A stretch of 64,000 bases of DNA from contig CAJOML010000001.1 in assembly GCA_905235705.1 (NCBI GenBank), positions 12,118-76,117 on the forward strand, written 5' to 3'. The notes below the pieces were generated by a model that saw nothing but the letters and a program-made list of their open reading frames with translations, ran no database searches and had not been told where the DNA came from. A program made the translations under genes and the position numbers. Positions within the stretch are counted from its first letter, which is position 1, and every line of letters starts with the position of its first letter. This document shows positions 7,449 through 16,956 of the stretch, piece after piece. This DNA is from an uncultured Bacilli bacterium (lineage in GTDB: Bacteria; Bacillota_I; Bacilli_A; RFN20; CAG-826).

Positions 7449-8612
7449 TTACCATTTCGAAATCATCTCGGATATTTCTTTGAAATATGCGTCGTTTGCC
7501 TCTTCACGGAACTCTAGATTAGAAAGCGTTAACGAGCCCCCGTATTCGGTGTTGTTATTTAGGAGGCTTAAAGATAATGTGGCTTTGGATGGGTTTTTGT
7601 CCTCACTTCCATAATCAAGCGATAGGCTAGCTTTGGCGAGGTTTGATTCTTTGAGGAACTGCGATTCTGCGGAAAGATCATGGAGATAATCATTGGCGAT
7701 GCTAATTGCCGTCTCATCGAAAGCGATGTCATAACGGTTGAGGCTCTCTTCTTGCGTGGAGGTCACCAAGGTATGATGAAGGATGCCATTGATATCTCTT
7801 TTTTCCTCGCTTGATTTAGGGAGGATAGCTCCTTGCTTAGCAAAGGAGGCAAAGAGGTCCTGCGAGAAGAAAGAGTAGGGGTCAAAGGAGGGCAAATCGC
7901 TGGGAAGGGGTTCCTCCACCTTATGGAAATAACGAGGTTTCGTCTGTTTGCTCTTTTCGTCAACCGTCGTTAAGGCTAAGGAAACTTCCCCATCGATAAG
8001 GAAAATTTGAAGTTTCTCATCCTCTAATTTGGCTAGCCCCAAATCAACGTTAGAAAGAAGCGACTCATAAGTCTGATAAATCTCTGAAGAGGTTTCCTCT
8101 TCTTGTTTGAAGAAATCAAGGATGTTCTCTAAGACGGATTTACCTAAATCGGGATCGATGGAGAAAGACAAATGGATATTAGGAACCCCATCTTCGGTTT
8201 TTTGCCATTTTGAATCAAATAGAATCGAAGGGAGATTCAAGGAAGCTTTCGACGCGTTAACCGATAAGGCGGCACGGCCTTTTGCCCCGTGGAATAAGGG
8301 CGAATTAGAGTAGACCCTAACGGGACAAATCGAGGTTAAATTCCCGCAAGTTGCAGTGATTTTGACGTCTCCTAGGGCTTTTGCCGTCAATAATCCATTC
8401 CCGTCGACCGAAACGATATCAGGGTTGGAAGAAACATAACTAACGGGCTCGCTTCCAAAGTTAGGTTTAGCCGAAAGAGCGAAGGTTTTACCCACTTCTA
8501 AATTGACATGGTCAAGATTAAAAACCAATGCGGTAGGCTCACTTATAGAAGGGCCACAGCTAATTAGGGGAATCAGGCAAAGGGTAAGAAGAGAAAGATA
8601 ACGATGTTTCAT
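7449..8612 (-). CDS. Lipoprotein with Ig-like (Big_2) domain
   Basis: Signal MKHRYLSLLTLCLIPLISC; YVSSNPDIVSVDGNGLLTAKALGDVKITA Big_2 motif. Confidence 0.8.
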   Translation of the reverse strand: MKHRYLSLLTLCLIPLISCGPSISEPTALVFNLDHVNLEVGKTFALSAKPNFGSEPVSYVSSNPDIVSVDGNGLLTAKALGDVKITATCGNLTSICPVRVYSNSPLFHGAKGRAALSVNASKASLNLPSILFDSKWQKTEDGVPNIHLSFSIDPDLGKSVLENILDFFKQEEETSSEIYQTYESLLSNVDLGLAKLEDEKLQIFLIDGEVSLALTTVDEKSKQTKPRYFHKVEEPLPSDLPSFDPYSFFSQDLFASFAKQGAILPKSSEEKRDINGILHHTLVTSTQEESLNRYDIAFDETAISIANDYLHDLSAESQFLKESNLAKASLSLDYGSEDKNPSKATLSLSLLNNNTEYGGSLTLSNLEFREEANDAYFKEISEMISKW

Positions 8613-8622
8613 ATTCGATACC

Positions 8623-11196
8623 TCATTCAACCGATTTTAAGGACTCGACCGCCATGATGCGGCGGATCCTGAATGTTAATAGCAACGTGATAAAGACAGA
8701 AAGGAAGAAGGTAAATCCAAAGGCGATGCCATAAGTAAGGGGATATACGGTGTAGAGGAAGTCGACGATTTCAACTTGGTTGATAAATAAGACCAACTTG
8801 GTAAAGGGGAAGCCTAAAGCAAGGCCGCCTAAAATACCAACAAGGGATAATGAAATGGTTTCCACCAACAACGAGACCATAATTTCGATTTCCCTAAAGC
8901 CAAGGACTTTCATGGTGGCGATTTCCCGTGCCCTTTCTTTGAAATTGAGCAAGGCGAGGTCATTTAAAACGACGACGGCAAGTAAGAAAGCGAAGACCTT
9001 AATCGCGTTGGTCATGACCAAAACCGAACTCATGGCCGATTCGATGCGTTCGCGCCAAACTTGTTCCGAAGCGACTGAGCCAGCGCCCGGAATTGCGCGG
9101 GCGATTTCCATCGCGCTTTCTTGCTTTCCAGGCATAGCGTCCATCCAAACGGCATTAAAAGAAGTGACACGTCCGCCGAAATTGGTCGAATCGGCATGGA
9201 CAAAGATCCCATTATCGTAGAATGCCGGGATGATGGTGGAGACCCTGAAGGAAGAATCGCCTTTGCCAACGTTGAAACGGACTTCATCGCCGATTGTGAT
9301 TTGCAATGCGCGGGCGACTTTTTCGGTCACTAGGACTTCATCTAAGGGGAAATCGTATTGGAAGTGTTTTCGCGCTTCGCCTCCGCCGACAAGATGATAA
9401 TCATCTAGGATATGGACGACGCCGAAATAAGAAGTCTTTGGCGAGATGATGTTCATCGATTCGCGTTGGAAAGATTGATAGCCATAGATGAGGGAATTCC
9501 CGCTATCGTCTTTGACGGAGAAATCATTTTTTAATTTGTCTACGGCTCTAGATTCGATCAAATATAAAGTCGCATCCGCGCCGGAAGTGATCAAAGGATC
9601 GGTATCAACGCCATAACGGATCGTATCTTCGATGCCGAATCCGCAAACCAGAAGGGCCGTGCATCCTAAAACGCCAATCACGACCATCGCCGATTTGACC
9701 CAGTCGCCACGAATGCTTCTCCCTGCCATTTTGAGGGAAAGCTGCCAGAGCCTTTTATCCTTGAAGGAGCGGATCTTCTTTTCTTTTTGCGAAGGAGGCA
9801 AAGGACGCATCGATTCGACTGGCTTACGCTTAATCTCGCGTCTAGAGATGCCATAAGTCACAAGCATGGCGACGCCGATGAAAATAACGGCTGCGGCTAG
9901 GCCTGCCCAAACCGGGAAATAGTAAGTACGCGCAGGCAAAGAATAAAGTAACGAATATTTATTTCCCAGAATCGCCGGAACGATTAAAGGTCCTAAGATC
10001 TCGCCGATTAAAGTCCCCAAGCCGACAAGAAGGAACGTTTTCAAGAAGAAGTGACCATGTATCTCTTTTCCGGTGATACCTAGGGCTTTAAAGGTGCCGA
10101 TTTCAGTCCGTTCGCGCAAAATCATTTGCCGCACTGAAATCAAGATGACAAGCAAAGCCACGGCGAAGAAGACGACGGGGAAAACGTATGTTAATTGGGT
10201 TGCCTGCTCCGCCTCGGTTCGGATAGTGAGAATGGGGGTGGATTCATCTAAGGTCTGGCATAGATAAAGATTGTTTATGGGCTTAGATGCGAAATAATTT
10301 TGGATTTGTGTTTTGGCTTGTTTCGCATCGCTTCCTTGTTTTAGGCGGACAAGATATTGGTTGGCGGCAGGGAAATTGGAAGCATCCCCTTTGGGATTGC
10401 CATCCCCCCACCCAAGCAAATCTTTGAAGCCGTTTTCCCAGATTAATTTGACGCCGGCCTCGGAAAAGGTGCTGGCCATCGTTTCATACATGGAGTCTCT
10501 AAAATAGGAAGAAGAGACCATAAACATCGTCGGGGAGAATTCGCCTCTAGCGGTATCTTCGAGGTGTTTCATTGCCCCTGTGACCTTAAAATTCAATTCG
10601 ATTTTGCCATAACGGAAGGGATTCTCTTTGCCTTCGAGGAGGAATCCATCAAGCATCGCAAGGGTGGTTTCCTTGATCGAGAAACTAGAAACGTCGAAGC
10701 TCATCAAAGCCGGACCACCAAGAGTTAAGGCATCGCCTTCTTTAGCCTGATTTGCATCGACAAGATAAGAATCTACCATGAAATAATGGTCTTCTGTTTG
10801 CTCTTCTGTCTTTTCAATTAATTCATACGGCTTGGACATTGAGCCGATAGTGGGGGAGATAACGGAGATGGCATTGCGGGAAGCCATCGTGCAAAAAGAA
10901 TAAAAACGGGATTCGACGGCTTCCAGGTTATCAACATACGAAAACAAATTCACGGCATCGCTAGGATCGGCGGCTTTACGTGGATCGGCGGTGACGTAAA
11001 TATCGGGGGTATTTGACTCGGCGATCATCTTATCGATGCGAGATTCCAATGACCCGGAGTTAGCTAAAAAGCCGCTGAAAAGGGTGATGGCGATGCCACC
11101 GATCGCAATAACGGCAAGAGACTGCGCCCAATCGGCAAGATTTTGCCTCGCCGCCAAAGAAAGGAATATGGAAGTAAGGCTGCGCTTTTTCACCAT
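8623..11196 (-). CDS. ABC transporter permease, FtsX/MacB family (duplicated)
   Basis: Two ER.EI.T.K.LG motifs; 8 TMs with two extracellular domains. Confidence 0.9.
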   Translation of the reverse strand: MVKKRSLTSIFLSLAARQNLADWAQSLAVIAIGGIAITLFSGFLANSGSLESRIDKMIAESNTPDIYVTADPRKAADPSDAVNLFSYVDNLEAVESRFYSFCTMASRNAISVISPTIGSMSKPYELIEKTEEQTEDHYFMVDSYLVDANQAKEGDALTLGGPALMSFDVSSFSIKETTLAMLDGFLLEGKENPFRYGKIELNFKVTGAMKHLEDTARGEFSPTMFMVSSSYFRDSMYETMASTFSEAGVKLIWENGFKDLLGWGDGNPKGDASNFPAANQYLVRLKQGSDAKQAKTQIQNYFASKPINNLYLCQTLDESTPILTIRTEAEQATQLTYVFPVVFFAVALLVILISVRQMILRERTEIGTFKALGITGKEIHGHFFLKTFLLVGLGTLIGEILGPLIVPAILGNKYSLLYSLPARTYYFPVWAGLAAAVIFIGVAMLVTYGISRREIKRKPVESMRPLPPSQKEKKIRSFKDKRLWQLSLKMAGRSIRGDWVKSAMVVIGVLGCTALLVCGFGIEDTIRYGVDTDPLITSGADATLYLIESRAVDKLKNDFSVKDDSGNSLIYGYQSFQRESMNIISPKTSYFGVVHILDDYHLVGGGEARKHFQYDFPLDEVLVTEKVARALQITIGDEVRFNVGKGDSSFRVSTIIPAFYDNGIFVHADSTNFGGRVTSFNAVWMDAMPGKQESAMEIARAIPGAGSVASEQVWRERIESAMSSVLVMTNAIKVFAFLLAVVVLNDLALLNFKERAREIATMKVLGFREIEIMVSLLVETISLSLVGILGGLALGFPFTKLVLFINQVEIVDFLYTVYPLTYGIAFGFTFFLSVFITLLLTFRIRRIMAVESLKSVE

Positions 11197-11894
11197 TCAA
11201 CCTCTTTGGGATTCAGCGGATTCTCATTGTATTCGTTGGCTACGATATGGCCATCGCCAATACGGATGACGTGATGGGCCACTTTGGCGATTTGGGCGTT
11301 ATGGGTAACCATGATGACGGTCTTTTGGTAATCGCGGGCCAAGTTATAAAGCAAATCGATAATCGAGGCGCCGGTTTTGGAGTCGAGGGCACCGGTGGGC
11401 TCATCGCAAAGAAGGAGTTCGGGGTTTTTTACTAAAGCCCTTGCGATGGCGGTGCGCTGCTGCTCGCCACCGGAAAGTTGGCTTGGGTAATTGCCTAAGC
11501 GGGCGCCAAGGCCGACTTTTTCCAAAGTTTCTTTTGGATTAAAAGGGTTTTCGCAGACGCTGGCGGCGAGTTCGACATTTTCCAAGGACGTCAAATTGTT
11601 GATTAGGTTATAAAATTGGAAGACAAAGCCAACGTCTTTGCGACGGAACATCGTAAGTTGCTTATCTTTGAATTTGGCGACGTCTTTGCCCGAGACTTCA
11701 TAAGAACCGGAAGTAGGGGTATCCATACCGCCGAGGATATTTAGCAACGTCGACTTTCCGGCCCCGGAAGGTCCAAGGATGACGACGAATTCACCGGTTT
11801 GCAAAGAAAAAGAGACATCGTCTAAAGCGCGTACCTCGTTTTCTTGGCCTTGGTGGTAGATTTTTGATAAATGCGAAACTGTGATTTGACCCAT
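11190..11894 (-). CDS. ABC transporter ATP-binding protein (LolD/MacB-like)
   Basis: [29 protein letters not shown]. Confidence 0.95.
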   Translation of the reverse strand: MGQITVSHLSKIYHQGQENEVRALDDVSFSLQTGEFVVILGPSGAGKSTLLNILGGMDTPTSGSYEVSGKDVAKFKDKQLTMFRRKDVGFVFQFYNLINNLTSLENVELAASVCENPFNPKETLEKVGLGARLGNYPSQLSGGEQQRTAIARALVKNPELLLCDEPTGALDSKTGASIIDLLYNLARDYQKTVIMVTHNAQIAKVAHHVIRIGDGHIVANEYNENPLNPKEVEW

Positions 11895-11939
11895 AATGGT
11901 CAAACTATAAAACAGATTTGCGATTTTAAAAATAAATTT

Positions 11940-12356
11940 TTAGTGGTGATGGTGCTCTTCTTCTTCTTGATGACCGATTTTTAAAAGATCCTTTTCTTGA
12001 AGTGGAAACAAAGAGGGAGCGGCGTTTCCAACAAGTGAAAAACCAACCGCATATGCACCTTTGCTAACTTCCATCACAACGAGGCCGATTGATCCTTTAG
12101 GCAAGCCAGGATATTCATTTAAAGTTTGGACGATATCGCCTTGGATGAAAGCCTGATTGTCTTCCTCTTTGACATATGGAGCCAATTCTTCAGGATAAAA
12201 ATAGCCAGAAGACATCATCGCATCTTCGGTCGCATAAAAGCCAACGAGATAATGGTCTCCTTTGATGGCATCGATGACGCCGACATCGCCTTCTTTGGCT
12301 TGGCCCTTTTCGATAAGGGCAATGACTTGATCGCCGACTTTAAAGGTTTTGCTCAT
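11940..12356 (-). CDS. Hypothetical protein with two SH3/KOW-like repeats and an EEEEHHHH tail
   Basis: FKVGDQV...GDVGVI...YLVGF and FIQGDIV...GSIGLV...YAVGF; ATGA overlap with xth. Confidence 0.7.
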   Translation of the reverse strand: MSKTFKVGDQVIALIEKGQAKEGDVGVIDAIKGDHYLVGFYATEDAMMSSGYFYPEELAPYVKEEDNQAFIQGDIVQTLNEYPGLPKGSIGLVVMEVSKGAYAVGFSLVGNAAPSLFPLQEKDLLKIGHQEEEEHHHH

Positions 12357-13117
12357 AGGTCGATATCCAAGGTGATGGGGCAATGGTCTGAGCCAAAAAT
12401 CTCATTATGGATTTCCGCGTCTTTGACTTTGTCGATTAAACGTTTGGAAACGAGGAAATAGTCAATACGCCAACCGGCGTTATTTTCACGGGCATGGAAG
12501 CGATAACTCCACCACGAATATTTGACGGTGTCGGGATGAAGATAACGATATGTATCGACAAACCCTGCATCAAGAAGTTTTCCAAAGGCGGTTCTTTCTT
12601 CGATGGTGAAACCGGGATTACGTTCGTTCCCTTTTGGGTTTTTGATATCGATTTCTTTGTGGGCGACATTTAAGTCCCCGGTATAGATGACAGGCTTAGT
12701 TTGATCAAGACGGGTTAAATAGGCTTTGATGTCTTCTTCGTATTGAAGACGGAAGTCCAAGCGTTTTAAGCCATCGCCAGCATTGGGGACATATACGCCG
12801 ACAAGGTAAAAAGAAGGGTATTCGAGAGTAATCACCCGACCCTCATCATCATATTTGCCATTCTCTAAGCCATAGCTCACAGAAAGGGGTTTATAGCGCG
12901 TAAAAATGGCGACCCCGGAATAGCCTTTTCTAAGTTTGGAGATGGTGTGATAGAGGTGGTAGTTTTCTTTTTGGAAAGGGAAAGATTCAGGACCCTCGGT
13001 TGAAAATTTGGTCTCGCCGATGACTAAGAAGTCCGGATTAAGTTGGTCGAAGGAAGAAGCGAAATCTTTATTTAAAATGGCACGAATGCCATTGACGTTA
13101 AACGCGGCGAATCTCAT
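12353..13117 (-). CDS. xth: Exodeoxyribonuclease III
   Basis: NVNGIRA, GYSGVA, EGRVIT, GDLNVAH, GWRIDYFL, GSDHCP. Confidence 0.96.
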   Translation of the reverse strand: MRFAAFNVNGIRAILNKDFASSFDQLNPDFLVIGETKFSTEGPESFPFQKENYHLYHTISKLRKGYSGVAIFTRYKPLSVSYGLENGKYDDEGRVITLEYPSFYLVGVYVPNAGDGLKRLDFRLQYEEDIKAYLTRLDQTKPVIYTGDLNVAHKEIDIKNPKGNERNPGFTIEERTAFGKLLDAGFVDTYRYLHPDTVKYSWWSYRFHARENNAGWRIDYFLVSKRLIDKVKDAEIHNEIFGSDHCPITLDIDL

Positions 13118-13129
13118 GTTTTTGCTCCT

Positions 13130-13993
13130 TTAATTGGGTTTTTGCGGATTTTTATTTGTATCGCAAGTATAGGTAAGGGGAATCTTATAGAACCTTTCGT
13201 AGACCTCTTTCCAGGCTTTGTAATTGGCGTTGCGGAGGTTTTCGGCGTTTTGATATTGGTCAAGTTTTGGATCTGGCATGATGGGCTTGCAGACAAAGAT
13301 CGTCATCTCTTGGACGGGGAAGCCATCGGGACCGATGCGGTCGGAGTCGTTCATGCAAATGAAAATAGGGAGAACCGGGACGAGGGCCTTCGCGGCAAAG
13401 CTAAAGGCGCCCTTTTTCAGAGGTTTGGGCTTCCGGTAATTCCACCACATGGATTGCTCGGGATAGACCAACACAAAGTGGCCTTTCTTCAAATGGTAGT
13501 CGACCCCTTCCAAAAATTCTTTCATGGTGGCTAAATTCGAAGATAAAGGTAACGTGTTGCACGCCCTCATCAATTTGCCATAAAACCCAGGGAAGGAAGT
13601 ATAGTTGCCTTCGCGGATGACGCGGAAGAGTTTTCTCTTTTTCGACGCGGTTGATCTTTCGTAGGCCACTTGCATGGCGAAAGAATCTAGTGCCGAGAAA
13701 TGGTTGCAGGTGATGACGGCCCCGGTTTGGAGATTATCCATATTTTCGATGCCAATTACATCTTTGACGACGAGGATCCCGTTTTTAATGATTTTGTTTA
13801 GGAAGCGGCGCGCCAAGGCGAAGGTGTATTTGGCTTTGATGCGAGTGGACAGCTTCTTTTGCTGATAATCAACGGTGCCGGGTAAGATGATTCTTCCAGG
13901 CGGATCTTCTTCGACATCCAAGTCGAAAATCCCCTCGGCTTCGAGGGCTTCGTAACGTGCGATTACCTCAAGTCTTTCGGGATCTTTTTCCAT
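13130..13993 (-). CDS. Lysophospholipid acyltransferase (PlsC superfamily)
   Basis: NHFSALD (NHX4D), VYPEQ, KKGAF. Confidence 0.85.
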   Translation of the reverse strand: MEKDPERLEVIARYEALEAEGIFDLDVEEDPPGRIILPGTVDYQQKKLSTRIKAKYTFALARRFLNKIIKNGILVVKDVIGIENMDNLQTGAVITCNHFSALDSFAMQVAYERSTASKKRKLFRVIREGNYTSFPGFYGKLMRACNTLPLSSNLATMKEFLEGVDYHLKKGHFVLVYPEQSMWWNYRKPKPLKKGAFSFAAKALVPVLPIFICMNDSDRIGPDGFPVQEMTIFVCKPIMPDPKLDQYQNAENLRNANYKAWKEVYERFYKIPLTYTCDTNKNPQKPN

Positions 13994-13996
13994 TGG

Positions 13997-14830
13997 TTAT
14001 GCCTTTTGGGAAAGATATTCGTCTCGTAATTTCAGATATTCTTCATAGATATCATCGAATTGGTGATATTTGAAAACCTTATGGACTTTCTCGATATGCC
14101 ACTGCTTGATGTTATCGGTGTGGGGGTAGGGCAAATAGAATAGGCGCTTCGAGAAATGACGGACGACGGTGGACTTATGAAGGAATTTTTGGTCGTTGAA
14201 TTTTTGGGGGAGAAGTTTCTTTTTCACGCACGCCCTCTGGATGGCGGATTGGTCAGCGAAAATTAATTTCTTCTTATTAATCCATTCACGCGCTTTCTCA
14301 AATAGACCAGTCTCGCGGCATTTCTTCATATCGAATAGCAAGACCCCGGCGTTAATGTAACGAGGGTTGATGAGGTATTTCCCATAATGGTCATTGGCTC
14401 CGCCGAATTCGGCCCCTTTAAGGTCATAGTCGTAAAGAAGATGGATGTCACGGTTGAACATGATATCGGCATCTAGATAAAGAAGACGGTCGGGGATGGA
14501 TTCGACTTGATCGGCAAATAGCCTAAGCAAAGTGTAAGGGGAGCAATATGCCCCTTCATTTGGCGAATAGGAAAGCTCGCTTTCATATAGTTCGGTGACA
14601 TCGACTTTCTCGACTTTCGATTCCGGGTTGTATGATTTCATTACCTTATCTAAGAAGGCGATAAGACGGTCTGAGATAGGGGTGTATTCGGGTTTTAGCC
14701 TTGTTAAGGTCATGGTGAAAACGAAAACATGATATGCGTCATGCGAAAGGTCGCGCTTAACGACCGAGAGAAGGGAGGTTAAGATGCCGTCGAAGACCTT
14801 TTCGTTTCCGCAATATAAGAGATTAATCAT
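13997..14830 (-). CDS. Glycosyltransferase family 8
   Basis: LLRLFAD, LLYLDADI (DxD), YINAGVLL, DQSAI. Confidence 0.88.
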   Translation of the reverse strand: MINLLYCGNEKVFDGILTSLLSVVKRDLSHDAYHVFVFTMTLTRLKPEYTPISDRLIAFLDKVMKSYNPESKVEKVDVTELYESELSYSPNEGAYCSPYTLLRLFADQVESIPDRLLYLDADIMFNRDIHLLYDYDLKGAEFGGANDHYGKYLINPRYINAGVLLFDMKKCRETGLFEKAREWINKKKLIFADQSAIQRACVKKKLLPQKFNDQKFLHKSTVVRHFSKRLFYLPYPHTDNIKQWHIEKVHKVFKYHQFDDIYEEYLKLRDEYLSQKA

Positions 14831-15612
14831 TTTCCTTTTTCCACGTATTTGATTTTGGCGAAATCACTTAGCGAAGCTCTCTCGCACATTTGATTATAAA
14901 CCCGATTCCTTAAATCTTCTTGGGCTTGCTTGCCGGGAAGTTCGAAATTGGGGAAGAACGGACCATCGATGTAGGTGCGGATTCTGACTTTGTCTTTTCC
15001 CCGTTTATGATAAGTGTTGGTAAAGCAAAAGACGGGGGCGCCATAATAAACAGGATAAATAAAGGAGTCGCTCACGAAGGGGCGGATTCCCGTGTAATAA
15101 GGCCAAAGATGGGCTTCGGGATAGATGAAAATCGGCTTTTGCTGTTTGACCCTTAATTCGATTGCCTTATCAAAATTGGCCTTGGCTTCTTTGTCCCCAG
15201 GGAGCGGGAGGCCGCCTAAAAGAGGGACGTATTTGCCAATGCCGGGAATAAAGCAATTATTTGGGTGAACGATGACGTTGATGGAGCGGGGGAAGACCAT
15301 AAATGCCGGCATCAAAGCGTCCCCGATGATCTGGGTGTGGTTGCCATAAAGGAAGATGGCGTTCTTTTTATAGGCTTTTAATTTCCATTTTCCCACGATT
15401 TCATGACGGAACTTAATCTTTAGATAGAGTTTGGCAAGAGGGGTGGCGATGACACGGAAGACGAAAAAATGTGCGACTTTTCCCCAAAAGCCGTTATTCC
15501 GGATATAACGATAATCCTTGCCAATGTGGTCAGCATGGATTTCCATGGTCGAAAATTCGTCATGGAGAGGATCGGAATAATAAATTGTTTCGGGCAAATT
15601 TTCTTTTGCCAT
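14827..15612 (-). CDS. Lysophospholipid acyltransferase (PlsC superfamily)
   Basis: GNHTQIIGD, IYPEAH, PVFCFT. Confidence 0.8.
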   Translation of the reverse strand: MAKENLPETIYYSDPLHDEFSTMEIHADHIGKDYRYIRNNGFWGKVAHFFVFRVIATPLAKLYLKIKFRHEIVGKWKLKAYKKNAIFLYGNHTQIIGDALMPAFMVFPRSINVIVHPNNCFIPGIGKYVPLLGGLPLPGDKEAKANFDKAIELRVKQQKPIFIYPEAHLWPYYTGIRPFVSDSFIYPVYYGAPVFCFTNTYHKRGKDKVRIRTYIDGPFFPNFELPGKQAQEDLRNRVYNQMCERASLSDFAKIKYVEKGK

Positions 15613-15623
15613 ATGAGACTACA

Positions 15624-16634
15624 TTAAGCGATTTCGCGAAGTCTTTCAAGAAGCTCGGAGGTAATTGGGTTGGTTTCAAGGGCTTTGCTATAACGTTTGG
15701 TTTGGATGCGGCGGAGGAAATTGTCGTGACGTTGGATCTCTTCCTCACAGACGGCCATCAGGGCAGGGGCAACGTTATTTTCGGCTTCTAATTTCTCGGG
15801 GGTGATGGAAGCGAAATGGCTCTTGATTTCAAGATAATCAGGAGATTGGGATGCATATTTCCAGAAATAGGTGCTATAGTTGCAGTTGATATCGTGCCAA
15901 GGCTTGGCGGCGAAAGCGTAATGGATGATGCCATAATCGCGTTCGGAAACGTTCCAAAGGCGGATGGCTTCCATGTTCCAACGACGGGGAAGCAAATGAA
16001 CTTTGTTTTTGCAAATGACGTTGAGGTAGTCTTGGTCTTGGGCGACAACAAAGTTATAGAAGGAAACGAGTTGGATGAATTGACCAAGGACGTCTTTTTT
16101 ACGCCACATATCGCAGTTGATGATCATCATGCCGGCGTTGAAATATTTGCGTCTGCTGATGCCAAGGACCTTTTCGGTATAACGTCCGGTGGGATCCATG
16201 CTCGTCATGACGGCTTCATTGACGGCGCCGACATAGTTATGGCCGATGTTGATATCGTAAAGTTTGGCGACGTCAGCGACGATAGCGGTGTCGGAGTCAA
16301 TATAAAGAGCTTTGTCATATTGAGGGAATTTGGTCGCGATGACGAAACGATAATAGGTTGAAGCGGAATAATAATCGCGAATCGGGAGTTGATCGACGAC
16401 CTGGGCGATCTCGGATTCGATATTATGGAATTCAATCGAGGCGTTGGGTTTAGCCATTGCGATAAACTTGGCTTGGGTCTCCTCGTTAATGTCGGTATGT
16501 AAAATATGGATCTCGTAACGGCGACGAGCAGAGATATTGCTAAGCAATGAAATTAGGGCGACTCCCATAAACGGAGTGAAGCGCTGGTCGCATCCGAAGA
16601 ATACGGGGACGACGGGTTTTTTGGAATTTGCCAT
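15624..16634 (-). CDS. Glycosyltransferase family 8 (GspA/RfaJ-like)
   Basis: STYYRF, ALYIDSD, YFNAGMM, DQDYLN, IIHYAFAAKPW; AAGGAGG RBS. Confidence 0.92.
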   Translation of the reverse strand: MANSKKPVVPVFFGCDQRFTPFMGVALISLLSNISARRRYEIHILHTDINEETQAKFIAMAKPNASIEFHNIESEIAQVVDQLPIRDYYSASTYYRFVIATKFPQYDKALYIDSDTAIVADVAKLYDINIGHNYVGAVNEAVMTSMDPTGRYTEKVLGISRRKYFNAGMMIINCDMWRKKDVLGQFIQLVSFYNFVVAQDQDYLNVICKNKVHLLPRRWNMEAIRLWNVSERDYGIIHYAFAAKPWHDINCNYSTYFWKYASQSPDYLEIKSHFASITPEKLEAENNVAPALMAVCEEEIQRHDNFLRRIQTKRYSKALETNPITSELLERLREIA

Positions 16635-16956
16635 GGATGATACCTCCTTCTGGCAGGCTTATCTTACCCAAAAATATGGAAAAAACCAGTCTATTAGAAA
16701 AAACATGTCAAAAAGAGACGTAACAACCTTTAAAAGAGAGTTATTTATCGATGGGAACTTTTAAGAGAAACATAAGAAGTAGCCGAAAGAAAAAGGACTA
16801 ATTATTTTGATTTTTCCGATATGTCAATTTCTTAGGAGTTCGGAAAATTTTTTCATGGATGCGGTTGCGAAGATACGGATTTTTAATCCATTTTGAAACC
16901 TTAAATTGCATTTTTGGGCTCTTGAAGTATGCTTATTTGGACTTGGAGGAACGCCT

